From an uncultured Methanosarcinaceae archaeon (GTDB taxonomy: Archaea > Halobacteriota > Methanosarcinia > Methanosarcinales > Methanosarcinaceae), in contig CAVRJG010000039.1 in the NCBI GenBank assembly GCA_963721455.1, positions 160,001 through 224,000 on the forward strand: a stretch of 64,000 nt of DNA, read 5' to 3'. The notes below the pieces were generated by a model that was given only the letters and a program-made list of their open reading frames with translations, did no database searches and was not told where the DNA came from. Positions 20,989 to 31,228 of the stretch are shown here, piece after piece. The translations under genes and the position numbers were made by a program. Each line of letters opens with the position of its first letter. Within the stretch, counting starts at the first letter, position 1.

Positions 20989-21350
20989 AGATAAAGTAAT
21001 GACAGCATTACCTCAGAAAACCCAGAAAACCTGAGGAAAAACCTGTACCAGCCTCGAAGATCTGTATGAAACCCGTAAAAATAGCAGGAAGAAGTAGAAA
21101 AGATAGCTCAAATTAAGTCTCAGCCCTTGAAAACACAGGTTTCAAATCTGTGTTTTCCGGCCCTCTCCGTCAATCTGTTGCTGTCTTGAGTGGCGAAAAT
21201 TCTATGTTATGACCGCGTTAGGGAAAATACAGGTAATCGAGGGCCGGTTCAATTTTTATAAAGAATATCGTTTTTGTTTATTATCGGCCCGGCACAAAAG
21301 GGTCCGCTTTACGAAGAAAAATTAGAGAATTCATCAACGGTGAACTTCGA

Positions 21351-22304
21351 ATGAAAGCGGACAAAAAATTGGATAAAACCCGGAACAGATCTTATACGAA
21401 GCTTGCTTTGAGTTTTCTGCTCACTGTTTTCAAACTGCTCGCGGGACTTTCAGGAAACAGTACATTGCTTCTCGCTGATGCAGTCCGTTCCTTCTCCGAA
21501 TTTATCAACGAGTCTATAAGGCTTCTGGATCTTTTTATCGCAAACAAGCCTGAAGATAAAAACCACAATTACGGACACGGAAAAATTGCAACCCTCTGTA
21601 AGGGAGCAGGGGCCTGTATGCTTCTTTTAGCAGGTTTTCATGCCTTCTCTCTGAGTTCTGGAGAGTTGCTCATGTTTATACAGGGTAAAGAGCCAGAAGC
21701 TCCTGAAATGATTGCACTCTTTGCAGCAGCCTCAGCCTTTGTATCAAGAGATATTATCTTTGCAGAGGGTGGCGAACCGCGAGTTAAGGAGTCTCCCTCA
21801 AAGACCCGCGCTCACATTAAAGATTTATTCCTTCCTGGCTTTGTTATCCTTGGCATAGGGTGCACATTCCTGCCCGGAAAAAGTTTTGATATCGCAGATT
21901 CTTTTGCCGCTGTTTTTTTAAGCCTTTATCTTCTCTGGAATTCGTGCAGGCTTCTCTACAGGACTGCAAACGAGCTTATAGAAGCTTCCCTTGAGGAGGA
22001 AAATAACCGGAGAATCAGGGAAATAATAAACCAAACCGAAAGTGTTACGGATTGCGGGGACCTTAAAACCCGCAGGATAGGAAAAAGAATAGCAATCAAT
22101 GTCTGTCTCAGTGTTAATAACTCCCTGAGTATCCGGGAAGCTGTAGAGATCACAAACCTTGTCGAAGAAAGACTGAAAGCAGCTTTTGGAGAAGATGCAT
22201 ACGTACTTATAAAAATCGAACCCAGCCAGGGAAAGAACCAAACTTTTAAAAACAGGAGCCGATCTTCTGAAGAAGAGAGAAGGAAAACAGGAACTTTAGT
22301 TTGA
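21351..22304 (+). CDS. Cation diffusion facilitator (CDF/FieF family) transporter
   Basis: GNSTLLLADAVRS and KPEDKNHNYGHGKI motifs; C-terminal dimerisation domain (LKTRRIGKRIAINV...IKIEP). Confidence 0.85.
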   Translation: MKADKKLDKTRNRSYTKLALSFLLTVFKLLAGLSGNSTLLLADAVRSFSEFINESIRLLDLFIANKPEDKNHNYGHGKIATLCKGAGACMLLLAGFHAFSLSSGELLMFIQGKEPEAPEMIALFAAASAFVSRDIIFAEGGEPRVKESPSKTRAHIKDLFLPGFVILGIGCTFLPGKSFDIADSFAAVFLSLYLLWNSCRLLYRTANELIEASLEEENNRRIREIINQTESVTDCGDLKTRRIGKRIAINVCLSVNNSLSIREAVEITNLVEERLKAAFGEDAYVLIKIEPSQGKNQTFKNRSRSSEEERRKTGTLV

Positions 22305-22521
22305 CAAGATAAATATATAGAAAAAAATAAAATAATAATATGAGAATAGTGGTGTGGAAAAACCAGACTTGAAAACGGAAAGTTAGAAAGATACCAGTGC
22401 CTGGATTCGATACATATCTGAATTTTATCAGTTGCTGAAGAATATTAATTATCAGAATTTGAAAATGATCTGGAAAGCCTGGGGAAGTTAGATCCAATTC
22501 GCAAAAGAGGTTAGTAAAAAA

Positions 22522-24531
22522 ATGCACTTCAGTCTTGGAATCGATGCGGGGGGTACTTATACTGATGCCGTGATCGTAAGGGATTCTGATGGAGAAGTAG
22601 TCGAATCCAGTAAAGCCCTGACCACCTATCCCGACCCCCTTCCTGGAATGAAAAGCGCTATTGACAGGCTGGACCCCGGGTATCTTAAAGACATTAAGCT
22701 GGTATCCGTATCTACAACCCTGTCTACAAATACTATTCTGGAAAGTACCGGCTTTCCTGTAGGGCTGATTATGGTAGGGGATTATGTAATTCCTGAGAAG
22801 CTTCCTACGTACTACTGGGTGAAGGTCTCAGGGGGGCATAACAGTGACGGTGAAGAACTGAAGACCCTTGACCTTGATTCCGTAAAGGAATTCGCCCTCA
22901 AGGTAAAAAATAAAGTGTCGGCTTTTGCGGTTTCTTCATATTTCAGCAACCGCAACCCTGAACATGAGCTTGCTGTCAAAAAAGCCGTAAAGGAACTGAC
23001 AGGGCACCCTGTAGTCTGCGGGCATGAACTCTCCCAGGATCTTGGAGCCTATGAAAGGGCTATAACCGCATTTCTTAATGCCCAGCTAATTCCTATTACC
23101 CATAAGTTTATCCAGTCAATAATCGAGGAGTTCGAGATCAGAGGGATCAATGCAAACCTGTTGATGCTGAAATGCGATGGGTCTGTGGTTGGAATCGAAG
23201 AAGCCCTGGAAAAACCCATAGAGACCATATTCTCAGGGCCTGCCGCAAGCCTTGTGGGTGCGTCTCACCTGAGCAGGCTCAATACCTGTGCTATGATTGA
23301 CGTGGGCGGCACGAGCACGGATGTAGCTATGATGGAGAACGGGTTCCCGCAACTCAGCAATTCGGGAGCAGTCGTTGGAGGCTGGCAGACGCGTGTAAAA
23401 GCCATCCGCATGGAGACCTCGGCAACCGGTGGGGATAGCCATGTCTGGGTAAAGGGCGACAGAATTTATGTAGGCCCCCGTCGGGTCATTCCCCTCTGCA
23501 GGGCTTCTGCCGTATACCCTGGTTTCAGGGAAAAATTGAAGCAGAACAGGGTCGCAAAAGGATATTTCTGCGAAAGTATTCAGGTAACAAAATTTTTTGT
23601 CAGGACCGGCTTCAGGCCTATCGAGTTAAAGGCAGGAGAGCGGGAAATCTACCGGCATATAGGAAAAGAGCCTGTTTCCTTCGGGGACCTGCTCGTGGCA
23701 CTGAAAAAACGTCCTTCTCCCTCGATGCTGGACTCATTAATCCAGAAAAGGCTGATTCAGGCAATAGGTTTTACACCTACGGACGCTCTTCATGTGCTTG
23801 GAGAATACACCGAATGGGACGTGGAAGCTGCAAAAATAGGGGCTTCCATGCTTGGAAGAATATTGAAACAGAGCCCTGCGGCTTTCAGTGAGGAAGCAAA
23901 ACATAAGGTTGCGCATAATATTGCCGAAGACCTGATTGCCTACCTCATAGAGGGAATGCCTAGAAAAGAGGTTGACAGGGTTCTTATGGGAAAAAACTTT
24001 ACCCGCTTCAGAGTGGAAATTCCGGTGGTTCTTCTCGGAGGGCCTGTAAAGGCATATGTTGAGGAACTGAGAAACCTGATTAATGCTGATTTTATAGTTC
24101 CCGAGCACGCTGATGTAGGCAATGCTGTCGGCGCCCTTGTAGGAAAAGGAATAAAAAGAGTAGAGATTCTCATAAAAACAAGGGTTATCCCTAAGTCCAG
24201 CGAGGATGAAGCTGAAAACCTGGATTACGAAACTCACGAGAGCTGTATTATAGAAGGTGCCTTGCAGCATGAAAAGAAAAACGAGTTTATTGTCTTTTCT
24301 CCTTCTGGCAGGAAGAAATTTGAAATATATAGCGAATCCCTTGAATACGCAGAAAAGCTCGGAAGGCAACTTGTTATGGATTACATGGTGAGCGCAGGGC
24401 TTGAAAAAGAAAATATAAAAATAGACGTAAGTAGAAAGCATCTGGCTCCAGTCGGCTGGACGGACGTACCCCTGGAAACAAAACTTGTTTTTGTAGGAGT
24501 GGGGATCCCGAGAACCGCGGTGACGGTCTGA
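22522..24531 (+). CDS. Hydantoinase/oxoprolinase A-subunit family protein
   Basis: LGIDAGGTYTD, VSTTLSTN, FSGPAAS, IDVGGTSTD, GFTPTDALH and VGNAVGA motifs. Confidence 0.92.
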   Translation: MHFSLGIDAGGTYTDAVIVRDSDGEVVESSKALTTYPDPLPGMKSAIDRLDPGYLKDIKLVSVSTTLSTNTILESTGFPVGLIMVGDYVIPEKLPTYYWVKVSGGHNSDGEELKTLDLDSVKEFALKVKNKVSAFAVSSYFSNRNPEHELAVKKAVKELTGHPVVCGHELSQDLGAYERAITAFLNAQLIPITHKFIQSIIEEFEIRGINANLLMLKCDGSVVGIEEALEKPIETIFSGPAASLVGASHLSRLNTCAMIDVGGTSTDVAMMENGFPQLSNSGAVVGGWQTRVKAIRMETSATGGDSHVWVKGDRIYVGPRRVIPLCRASAVYPGFREKLKQNRVAKGYFCESIQVTKFFVRTGFRPIELKAGEREIYRHIGKEPVSFGDLLVALKKRPSPSMLDSLIQKRLIQAIGFTPTDALHVLGEYTEWDVEAAKIGASMLGRILKQSPAAFSEEAKHKVAHNIAEDLIAYLIEGMPRKEVDRVLMGKNFTRFRVEIPVVLLGGPVKAYVEELRNLINADFIVPEHADVGNAVGALVGKGIKRVEILIKTRVIPKSSEDEAENLDYETHESCIIEGALQHEKKNEFIVFSPSGRKKFEIYSESLEYAEKLGRQLVMDYMVSAGLEKENIKIDVSRKHLAPVGWTDVPLETKLVFVGVGIPRTAVTV

Positions 24532-24684
24532 AAAGATAGGTAGATCGGGATGTCAGTAGCCGCAGATTATAAACAGAGATATATATCTTGAGAAATCATT
24601 TCACAAATCCGGATAAAAAGGATGTGTACCGCTAAAAAAGGACATGAATTGCGTAATATAGAGTGAAAATGGGGCTGTTTTGAC

Positions 24685-26613
24685 ATGCAATATAGTCTGG
24701 GTATTGACGCAGGCGGAACTTACACCGATGCTGTAATCTTAAGAGATTCGGACAGCCGGATTCTTGATACCAGCAAGGCGATTACCACCTATCCAAACCT
24801 TATGACCGGAATTCGGAATGCAATTGATAAGTTGAATCCGGAATACCTCAGTAAAGTAAAACTTGTATCGGTTTCCACAACTCTTTCAACTAATACTATT
24901 CTCGAAAGGACCGGATATCCTGTTGGCCTGATCCTTGTCGGGGACTATACCGTCCCGAGGGAACTTCCGGCAGACTACTGTATTACTGTGAGAGGAGGGC
25001 ATGACAGTAATGGAGATGAGCTGCAACCTCTGGATCTCACTGCTGTAGAACAGTTTGCAGTGAGCCTGAAAAAGAAAGTCTCTGCGTTTGCCGTTTCTTC
25101 ATATTTCAGTACAAGAAATCCGGAACATGAGCTTAAAATTAAGAAGACCATCCTTAAATTGACAGGGCATCCTGTAGTTTGCGGACATGAACTTTCTCAG
25201 GAACTGGGAGCTTACGAAAGGGCAGCCACAGCCGTCTTAAACGCCCAGCTAATTCCCATAACCTATGAATTTATTCATTCAATCATGGCCGAAGTAAGGG
25301 AAAGAAACCTTGATGCGAAGATCCTCATGCTGAAATGTGACGGCTCGGTCATTGATATAAAAGGAGCAAAACTGCGTCCCATTGAAACCATATTCTCAGG
25401 CCCTGCAGCAAGTATTATGGGAGCTTCTCACCTTTCAGGACTGGATACCTGCGCTGTGATCGATGTTGGAGGGACAAGCACGGATGTCTCCATAATAAAA
25501 AAAGGAGTTCCGGAGCTTTGTGAGAAAGGGGCAGTTGTAGGAGGCTGGCAAACCCGGGTAAAGGCAATAAAAATGGAGAGTTCCGCAAACGGGGGAGATA
25601 GCCACGTATGGTTCAAGAAATACGTCAGGATAGGCCCGAGAAGGGTGATGCCCCTCTGCTTTGCTGCGGTAAAGTACCCGAATTTTAAGGAAAAGCTGGA
25701 GAAAAACCCCATACCTCTGAGAACCATGCTCAATGAGCATATTCAGCCCACGAAATTTTTTGTAAGTACTGGAGTAACACCCATTAATCCCACCGAAAGT
25801 GAGAAAAAATTACTGGAAGTTATACGGGATGAGCCTCTTTCCATCCACGATATCTTAAATAAAATGAAGCGATTCCCCTCGCCAGCAGTCCTGGAGTCTC
25901 TGATTCAGCAGCGCTTGATCCAGGCTATAGGTTTTACGCCGACTGATGCCCTGCATGTCCTCGGGGAATATACTGAATGGGATGTAGAAACTGCCCAGAT
26001 CGGAGCCAAAAAACTTTCACGTTTCACTAATATGGGAGTTCATGCCTTTTGCAAAAAAGTAAAGCAGCAGGTTGCAAGAAATATGGCTTACAGCCTGATG
26101 TCCTTTATCATGGAAGGGAGGGGAAAAGATGGGATAAAAAAAATGTTTGAGGAAGATATCCCTGTCCAGTACAAATTAAGTATCCCTATAGTCCTGCTCG
26201 GGGGGCCTGTAAAGGCTTATTATGAAGAAATGAAGGCTCTTATTGATGCTGAGATCATAGTTCCTGAACAGGCCAGGATAGGGAATGCAGTTGGAGCCCT
26301 CGTAGGAAAAGGGATTAAAAGAATTGAGATAATTATCAGGCCACAATCGATGGAAAATCCGGACCGGAACTTCCTGGTATTTACCCCTGCAGGAAGGAAA
26401 AAATTTGAGCAATACAGGACTGCAGTAGAATACTGTCATAAAACTGGCGAAGAACTTATCCTGGATTCAATGAAAGATTTTGGACTCCCGGAAGGCTCAA
26501 TAAAAATAGACACAAGCGTGGAATACCTTTCTCCTCCGGGCTGGAAACAGACGCCAATGGAGACAAAAATGACCTTTGTAGGGATCTGTACCCCTGGTAT
26601 TTTAATTAACTAA
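24685..26613 (+). CDS. Hydantoinase/oxoprolinase A-subunit family protein (tandem paralog)
   Basis: Same motif set as 22522-24531 and collinear along its whole length. Confidence 0.92.
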   Translation: MQYSLGIDAGGTYTDAVILRDSDSRILDTSKAITTYPNLMTGIRNAIDKLNPEYLSKVKLVSVSTTLSTNTILERTGYPVGLILVGDYTVPRELPADYCITVRGGHDSNGDELQPLDLTAVEQFAVSLKKKVSAFAVSSYFSTRNPEHELKIKKTILKLTGHPVVCGHELSQELGAYERAATAVLNAQLIPITYEFIHSIMAEVRERNLDAKILMLKCDGSVIDIKGAKLRPIETIFSGPAASIMGASHLSGLDTCAVIDVGGTSTDVSIIKKGVPELCEKGAVVGGWQTRVKAIKMESSANGGDSHVWFKKYVRIGPRRVMPLCFAAVKYPNFKEKLEKNPIPLRTMLNEHIQPTKFFVSTGVTPINPTESEKKLLEVIRDEPLSIHDILNKMKRFPSPAVLESLIQQRLIQAIGFTPTDALHVLGEYTEWDVETAQIGAKKLSRFTNMGVHAFCKKVKQQVARNMAYSLMSFIMEGRGKDGIKKMFEEDIPVQYKLSIPIVLLGGPVKAYYEEMKALIDAEIIVPEQARIGNAVGALVGKGIKRIEIIIRPQSMENPDRNFLVFTPAGRKKFEQYRTAVEYCHKTGEELILDSMKDFGLPEGSIKIDTSVEYLSPPGWKQTPMETKMTFVGICTPGILIN

Positions 26614-26760
26614 AAAAGACAATAATCTACTGGATTAAAAGATTGATCTAAAAAGGCAGGAGAAATGCTTAAGTTGAACATGAACAGCAAAGGAACCAGC
26701 CTGCCGGAAAGAAGGGTCGGCGGCAAATGCAAGATACTGAATAACAGGAAGTAAGGAAAT

Positions 26761-27546
26761 ATGGATTCTTCACTTATTGATCTTGTTTTCCGCTCCGATA
26801 AGAGAAAAAACCTTCTTATATTGCTGGATAACGGCTCAAAAAATATTGATGAAATCAGAGACGAACTTGATGTTACAGCCACGTCGATTCTCCCCCAGAT
26901 AAAGAAACTGATAGATAATGACCTTATTGTCCAGGAAGACAGGATGTATAAACTCACAGTTCTTGGAGAGTTTATCATCAAGAAAATAAAGCCCCTGATA
27001 AGTGCCCTTGAAGTAGTGGAGAAAAATAACATTTACTGGACAGGTCACGACCTGAACTCGATTCCGCGCCATCTACTGGAACGTATATCCGAACTTGGGG
27101 ACTGCATCTTTGTCGAGCCCGACCTGAACCACATCTATGAGCCCGCTCAGGAGATTATTGACAGCATGGGCAATGCAAAAAGGGTTTCGACTTTTGCTTC
27201 TTATTTCAACCCTGCATATCTCCCCCTGTATGTCGAGCTTGGCAGAAAAGATGCCGAACTTTCCCTGAATTTTACCCAGTCTGTCTGGGACCACCTTTCA
27301 AACGAACACTCAAATATGATAACGGAATTAATGGACATGGATAATGTAAGCCTTTATGTTTCTAAAGAAGGGATAAAGATTAGTGAAGTTACCGTCACTG
27401 ATAGGATAATGCTTCTTGGGCTCTTTGATAAAAAAGGAAAATTCGACCAGCAATTCATCATGAGTTTTGAGCCCGGCGCCCTTCGATGGGGCCAGGAGTT
27501 ATTTGAGTATTTCAAGAGGCTTTCCAGACAGGTAAATAAGATATAA
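26761..27546 (+). CDS. Msr-family transcriptional regulator (msrD-like by position)
   Basis: SDKRKNLLILL wHTH plus DUF1724 C-terminus; first of a tandem pair downstream of mtaCB. Confidence 0.9.
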   Translation: MDSSLIDLVFRSDKRKNLLILLDNGSKNIDEIRDELDVTATSILPQIKKLIDNDLIVQEDRMYKLTVLGEFIIKKIKPLISALEVVEKNNIYWTGHDLNSIPRHLLERISELGDCIFVEPDLNHIYEPAQEIIDSMGNAKRVSTFASYFNPAYLPLYVELGRKDAELSLNFTQSVWDHLSNEHSNMITELMDMDNVSLYVSKEGIKISEVTVTDRIMLLGLFDKKGKFDQQFIMSFEPGALRWGQELFEYFKRLSRQVNKI

Positions 27547-27883
27547 TAAAATAATGAGAGATCCCCTAAACCCCAGCCACCTTCAAATGTAATTACAATC
27601 CCAATAAGCCGGCAAAGGAAAACTCTCAGAGAACTGCCAGATAAGATTCCTTATGGCGACATATAAGAAAATAATGAAAGATAATTATATATTTCATAGT
27701 AGTAATCTGCTGCATAAAAATGGTAATTCTCTTTACACCCCCGAGTGTACACCCCAAAGGCCCTTTCTCCCATAAAAAGATTATAATGGCAAGGGAAGAA
27801 GGTGCGAGAAGTGCAGAGTCTTCTGGTACAGAGATATATACAATGTTAGATATAATAGGATGAAACCTAAGAGAGGGAATCAG

Positions 27884-28675
27884 ATGGAGTCATCATTACT
27901 GGATGTTCTCTTTCTTTCAGAAAAAAGGAAAAATCTCCTTCTGCTGCTCCTGGACGGACCCAAGAACATTGAAGAGATCAAAAATACGCTTGATGTCCGC
28001 TCAAGCCCGATAATGACCCAGATAAAAATACTAATGAAGCAGGATCTTGTTGTTGAGAATAACAGGCTCTACAAACTCACCAGTATCGGAGAAATTCTGG
28101 TCCCGAAAATGAAGACAATCCTGGAAACGTTTAATGTTTTCGATAAAAACCACGATTATTGGATAAACCAGGATATGACGTCAATTCCTCCTGAATTTCT
28201 TGACAGCATTGGAAAGCTTGGAGACTATATCGAAGTAAATCCTGACCGAAACCACGTGTTTGAATATCCTAAAGAGGTTGTAAAACATCTTTCCGAATCG
28301 GAGAAGGTGATGATTTCATCCTCTTTTTTCCTGCCAATCTATCCGTCCCTTTGCATCGAACTTGCCGCAAAAGGTACGGATATAACCCTGGTTTTCACAG
28401 AATACGTTTACGATAGAATGCTCAATGATTACAAGCGAGAACTTGAACATTTCCTGAACATGAAATACACCAGACTTTACGTCTGTAATAATAATAATAT
28501 GAAAATAGCCTCAAGCATAGTTACGGAAAAGTTCACGGCACTTTCTCTCTTTTGTAACAGCGGCATTTACTACAACCATAACCTTGTAAGCTTTGATGAG
28601 AGTGCACTTAGATGGGGAAAAGAACTTTTTGACCATTATAAGGGCGTGGCAAGACCTATTACAAAGGTCGGATAA
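27884..28675 (+). CDS. Msr-family transcriptional regulator (msrE-like by position)
   Basis: MESSLLDVLFLSEKRKNLLLLLLDGPK wHTH and FDESALRWGKELF C-terminus. Confidence 0.9.
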   Translation: MESSLLDVLFLSEKRKNLLLLLLDGPKNIEEIKNTLDVRSSPIMTQIKILMKQDLVVENNRLYKLTSIGEILVPKMKTILETFNVFDKNHDYWINQDMTSIPPEFLDSIGKLGDYIEVNPDRNHVFEYPKEVVKHLSESEKVMISSSFFLPIYPSLCIELAAKGTDITLVFTEYVYDRMLNDYKRELEHFLNMKYTRLYVCNNNNMKIASSIVTEKFTALSLFCNSGIYYNHNLVSFDESALRWGKELFDHYKGVARPITKVG

Positions 28676-28915
28676 TTTTTTCTCCAGATATTGGTATAGT
28701 TCTCACTCTGCAGAGAACTAAAAATCTGAACTTTTCTATTGAGCCCATCCCGAAGGACAAGATTTCGGCTCTTCAGGGCTTTCTTTGGGTCAGGTCTTGG
28801 AAACATCGGCATGGTTAACTTCTCCCCAGGGCCTCAAAGACCTCTCTTCTCCTCGAAAACTTCATCAACAGCCTGTCGAACTCCTTATCTGACAGATATG
28901 GCTCCTCTACCTTTA

Positions 28916-29075
28916 CAGGCTGCCTCAAAACTCAATCCGTTTCTACAATTCAGAGAAAATATTCTACTATAGGGTTAATTAGTATCTGAATTTCAGAATA
29001 ATTGCCTATCTAAATTTAAATTCAATATTGCCCATTATCTAATTATAGAATCAAATGTAATTTTGAGACAGCCTG
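28916..29075. mobile_element. 160-bp MITE with 15-bp terminal inverted repeats
   Basis: CAGGCTGCCTCAAAA ... TTTTGAGACAGCCTG (1 mismatch) around an AT-rich non-coding core. Confidence 0.75.
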
Positions 29076-29166
29076 AGTAGTATAATAATTAAAATATTGT
29101 AATTATTCACACGCTCATTGAAGAGAAGCATATTGCCGTTGAAGAAAAGGAGCCTGAAAAGGAAAA

Positions 29167-29466
29167 ATGAAAACAAAAATGGATCAGTTTCCGGCAACGA
29201 ACCCGAATCCTGTGCTCAGTGTGGAAAAGGATGGGACGGTTCTTTATTCAAATGGAGCAGGGGAGCCCTTATTGCATGAGTGGGGCGTGGGAATCGGAGA
29301 AAAACTGCCTTCATGTATCGGAAATTTTGTGCAAAGGGTAATTTCCCGGAATGGCCCGGAAAAAGTGGAAGTCAAAGTTGGAAAAAGAGTATACCTGGTC
29401 GCGTTTCTTAAGAGAGCGCAGGGAACGGAATTCAGAATTACATTCGATGTTGCGGAAAGATCATAA
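29167..29466 (+). pseudogene. Internally deleted PAS sensor histidine kinase (N-terminal PAS fused to the last HATPase strand)
   Basis: FPATNPNPVLSVEKDGTVLYSN PAS start joined to LKRAQGTEFRITF; compare LKRDKGTEFTIWF at the end of the 39351 kinase. Confidence 0.8.
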
Positions 29467-29528
29467 GCAAGGACGTTTTATCCGAAAATAATTTCACTTC
29501 GAAACTTGTTTTATTTTATCCCAGATCT

Positions 29529-29636
29529 GACTTACGCAATTGAGGTACAAAACCCGGTACAACAGCTGTGGCTGAATTCATGTTTTGTACAGTAAAAAGT
29601 TTCTGCCCCCGATTTTCATTTTAATTGTGTACAGTC
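29529..29636. mobile_element. About 108-bp MITE-like element with imperfect TIRs
   Basis: GACTTACGCAATT ... AATTGTGTACAGTC termini. Confidence 0.55.
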
Positions 29637-29902
29637 GTGACTATTCCCCTAAATTGAGAAGTCACACACTTATACGGCTTTCGCTGCAGGGATATAACAG
29701 CTGTTTGAAGGGGTTTATGATGTGCACTTTTAGATTCTAACTCAGTGTCCTTACAATTTCATATTTGTGGTTTAGGAAGCGTTTTTCACATAAATGAAAT
29801 GAATTAAGTTCCTTTTATTTCATAATATGAATGGTTTTGTCATATTTTGTCATTACATTATTGAGACCCACATTTACAATGTGAATATCTGTAGTTAGGT
29901 TG

Positions 29903-30361
29903 TTATATGCCTGTATTTATATTGTCTAGTTTAGTCGTTACATTACTAATACCCGTAGTTATGTTTTTATACGCTGTCGTTATATTGTCTATTTTTGTCG
30001 TTACATTATTGATGTCCGTAGTTACGTTTTTATATGCTGTCGTTATATTGTCTATTTTTGTCGTTACATTATTAATGTCCGTAGTTACGTTATTGTACGC
30101 TGTTGTTATATTATCTATTTTTGCCGTTATATTGCTATAAGTTGTCGTTGCATTGTCATATGCCGCCGTTACATTGTCATAGGCTGCTGTTATATTATGA
30201 TATGATGCTGTTGCATTGTTATACTCTGTCGTTACGTTATTGTACGCTGTTGTTCCATTATTATAGTCTTTTATTACAGTCGGTCCGTAATTTATGGCGA
30301 GGTATATTATCGCTAAAATTATTGCCAAATTTATTATATATCTGAGCTTCATTTTCATCAT
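29903..30361 (-). CDS. Membrane-anchored heptad-repeat (N-x-T) protein, putative glycosylated coiled coil
   Basis: N-terminal TM helix (YIINLAIILAIIYLAINY) followed by 16 consecutive 7-aa repeats. Start is uncertain (30361, 30358 or 30352). Confidence 0.75.
   Translation of the reverse strand: MMKMKLRYIINLAIILAIIYLAINYGPTVIKDYNNGTTAYNNVTTEYNNATASYHNITAAYDNVTAAYDNATTTYSNITAKIDNITTAYNNVTTDINNVTTKIDNITTAYKNVTTDINNVTTKIDNITTAYKNITTGISNVTTKLDNINTGI
29906..30259. repeat. Coding tandem repeat, 21-bp unit with a 63-bp higher-order repeat
   Basis: GCTGTCGTTATATTGTCTATTTTTGTCGTTACATTATT-like blocks recur every 63 bp. Confidence 0.9.
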
Positions 30362-30585
30362 CCAGATCAATAAATGTGTATCTACACACAAATTATTATT
30401 AAATAATTTGAAGGGGCTCGGTGATATTTCGTCTCGAATATACGTTTACTATCGGATGCGCGCTTGCCTTCTCGGTTCCGGGCTCGTTGGTGCTGTGTAT
30501 CGTGTCCGTTTGCTGTTGCGGGTTATTTGTAATTTTTGAAGCATTTCTGATAGCAACGTTTCAGGATAAAAAACGTTTTATTCAA

Positions 30586-30715
30586 GAGCTCATACCAAAA
30601 CTCAAAATTTGCTTCTTGAATCTTGTATTTCGAATAATAGATCAAGTTTCGGATCATGAAAGCAAATCTGAAAACTCTTAACGATCAGGAATAAAATAGC
30701 TTTTGGGATGAGCTC
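30586..30715. mobile_element. 130-bp MITE with 15-bp TIRs
   Basis: GAGCTCATACCAAAA ... TTTTGGGATGAGCTC (1 mismatch). Confidence 0.8.
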
Positions 30716-30811
30716 ATTAAAAAACCTGTCAGATAATAAAACATTGAAGTTGAGCATTCTGCGTCTAGATAAAAAAGAAAAAACCCGGTTTACGGGTCAG
30801 CGGGGGAAATC

Positions 30812-31228
30812 TCAGTTCACCCTGACCGTAGCGTTCATTTCCGGGATATTTTTAACAATAAAACGGTAGGTTCCGGTTTCATTAAAAGTGTAAGTGAAAG
30901 GCACCCTGTATGAAAGTATTTCATCCGGAAACAGCCCGTCTTCACTAACAAGCACGTAATTGCCCTGCCTTTTGTCGCTCCACCAGGAAATAGTGTCCCC
31001 TCTTGAAATATTCAGTTCAGAAGGCTTAATCATTTCATAAATCGTAAGGTGGACAATATGATCTTCTCCGGATTCTGAAGAAGCATTTTCTTCCTGCTGC
31101 ACTGCCGCACCGGCTTTCGGTGTTGAAGTATTGGTGTCATCGGGTACAGGCCCCGCATCTTTCTCAGCACAGCCTGAGGCGAATAAGAACACAAACACTA
31201 CAAGTAAAATCAGAATTTTCCTTTTCAT
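30812..31228 (-). CDS. Lipoprotein with a cupredoxin-like domain lacking Cu ligands
   Basis: Lipobox FASG-C; PSELNISRGDTISW and FTYTFNETGTYRF...MNATVRVN beta-sandwich pattern without the Cys/His ligands. Confidence 0.8.
   Translation of the reverse strand: MKRKILILLVVFVFLFASGCAEKDAGPVPDDTNTSTPKAGAAVQQEENASSESGEDHIVHLTIYEMIKPSELNISRGDTISWWSDKRQGNYVLVSEDGLFPDEILSYRVPFTYTFNETGTYRFIVKNIPEMNATVRVN

Noticed and set aside
29906-30259. Regularly spaced repeats considered as a CRISPR array
   Set aside because: The units are contiguous 21/63-bp coding repeats with no unique spacers, and no cas genes are in the window.
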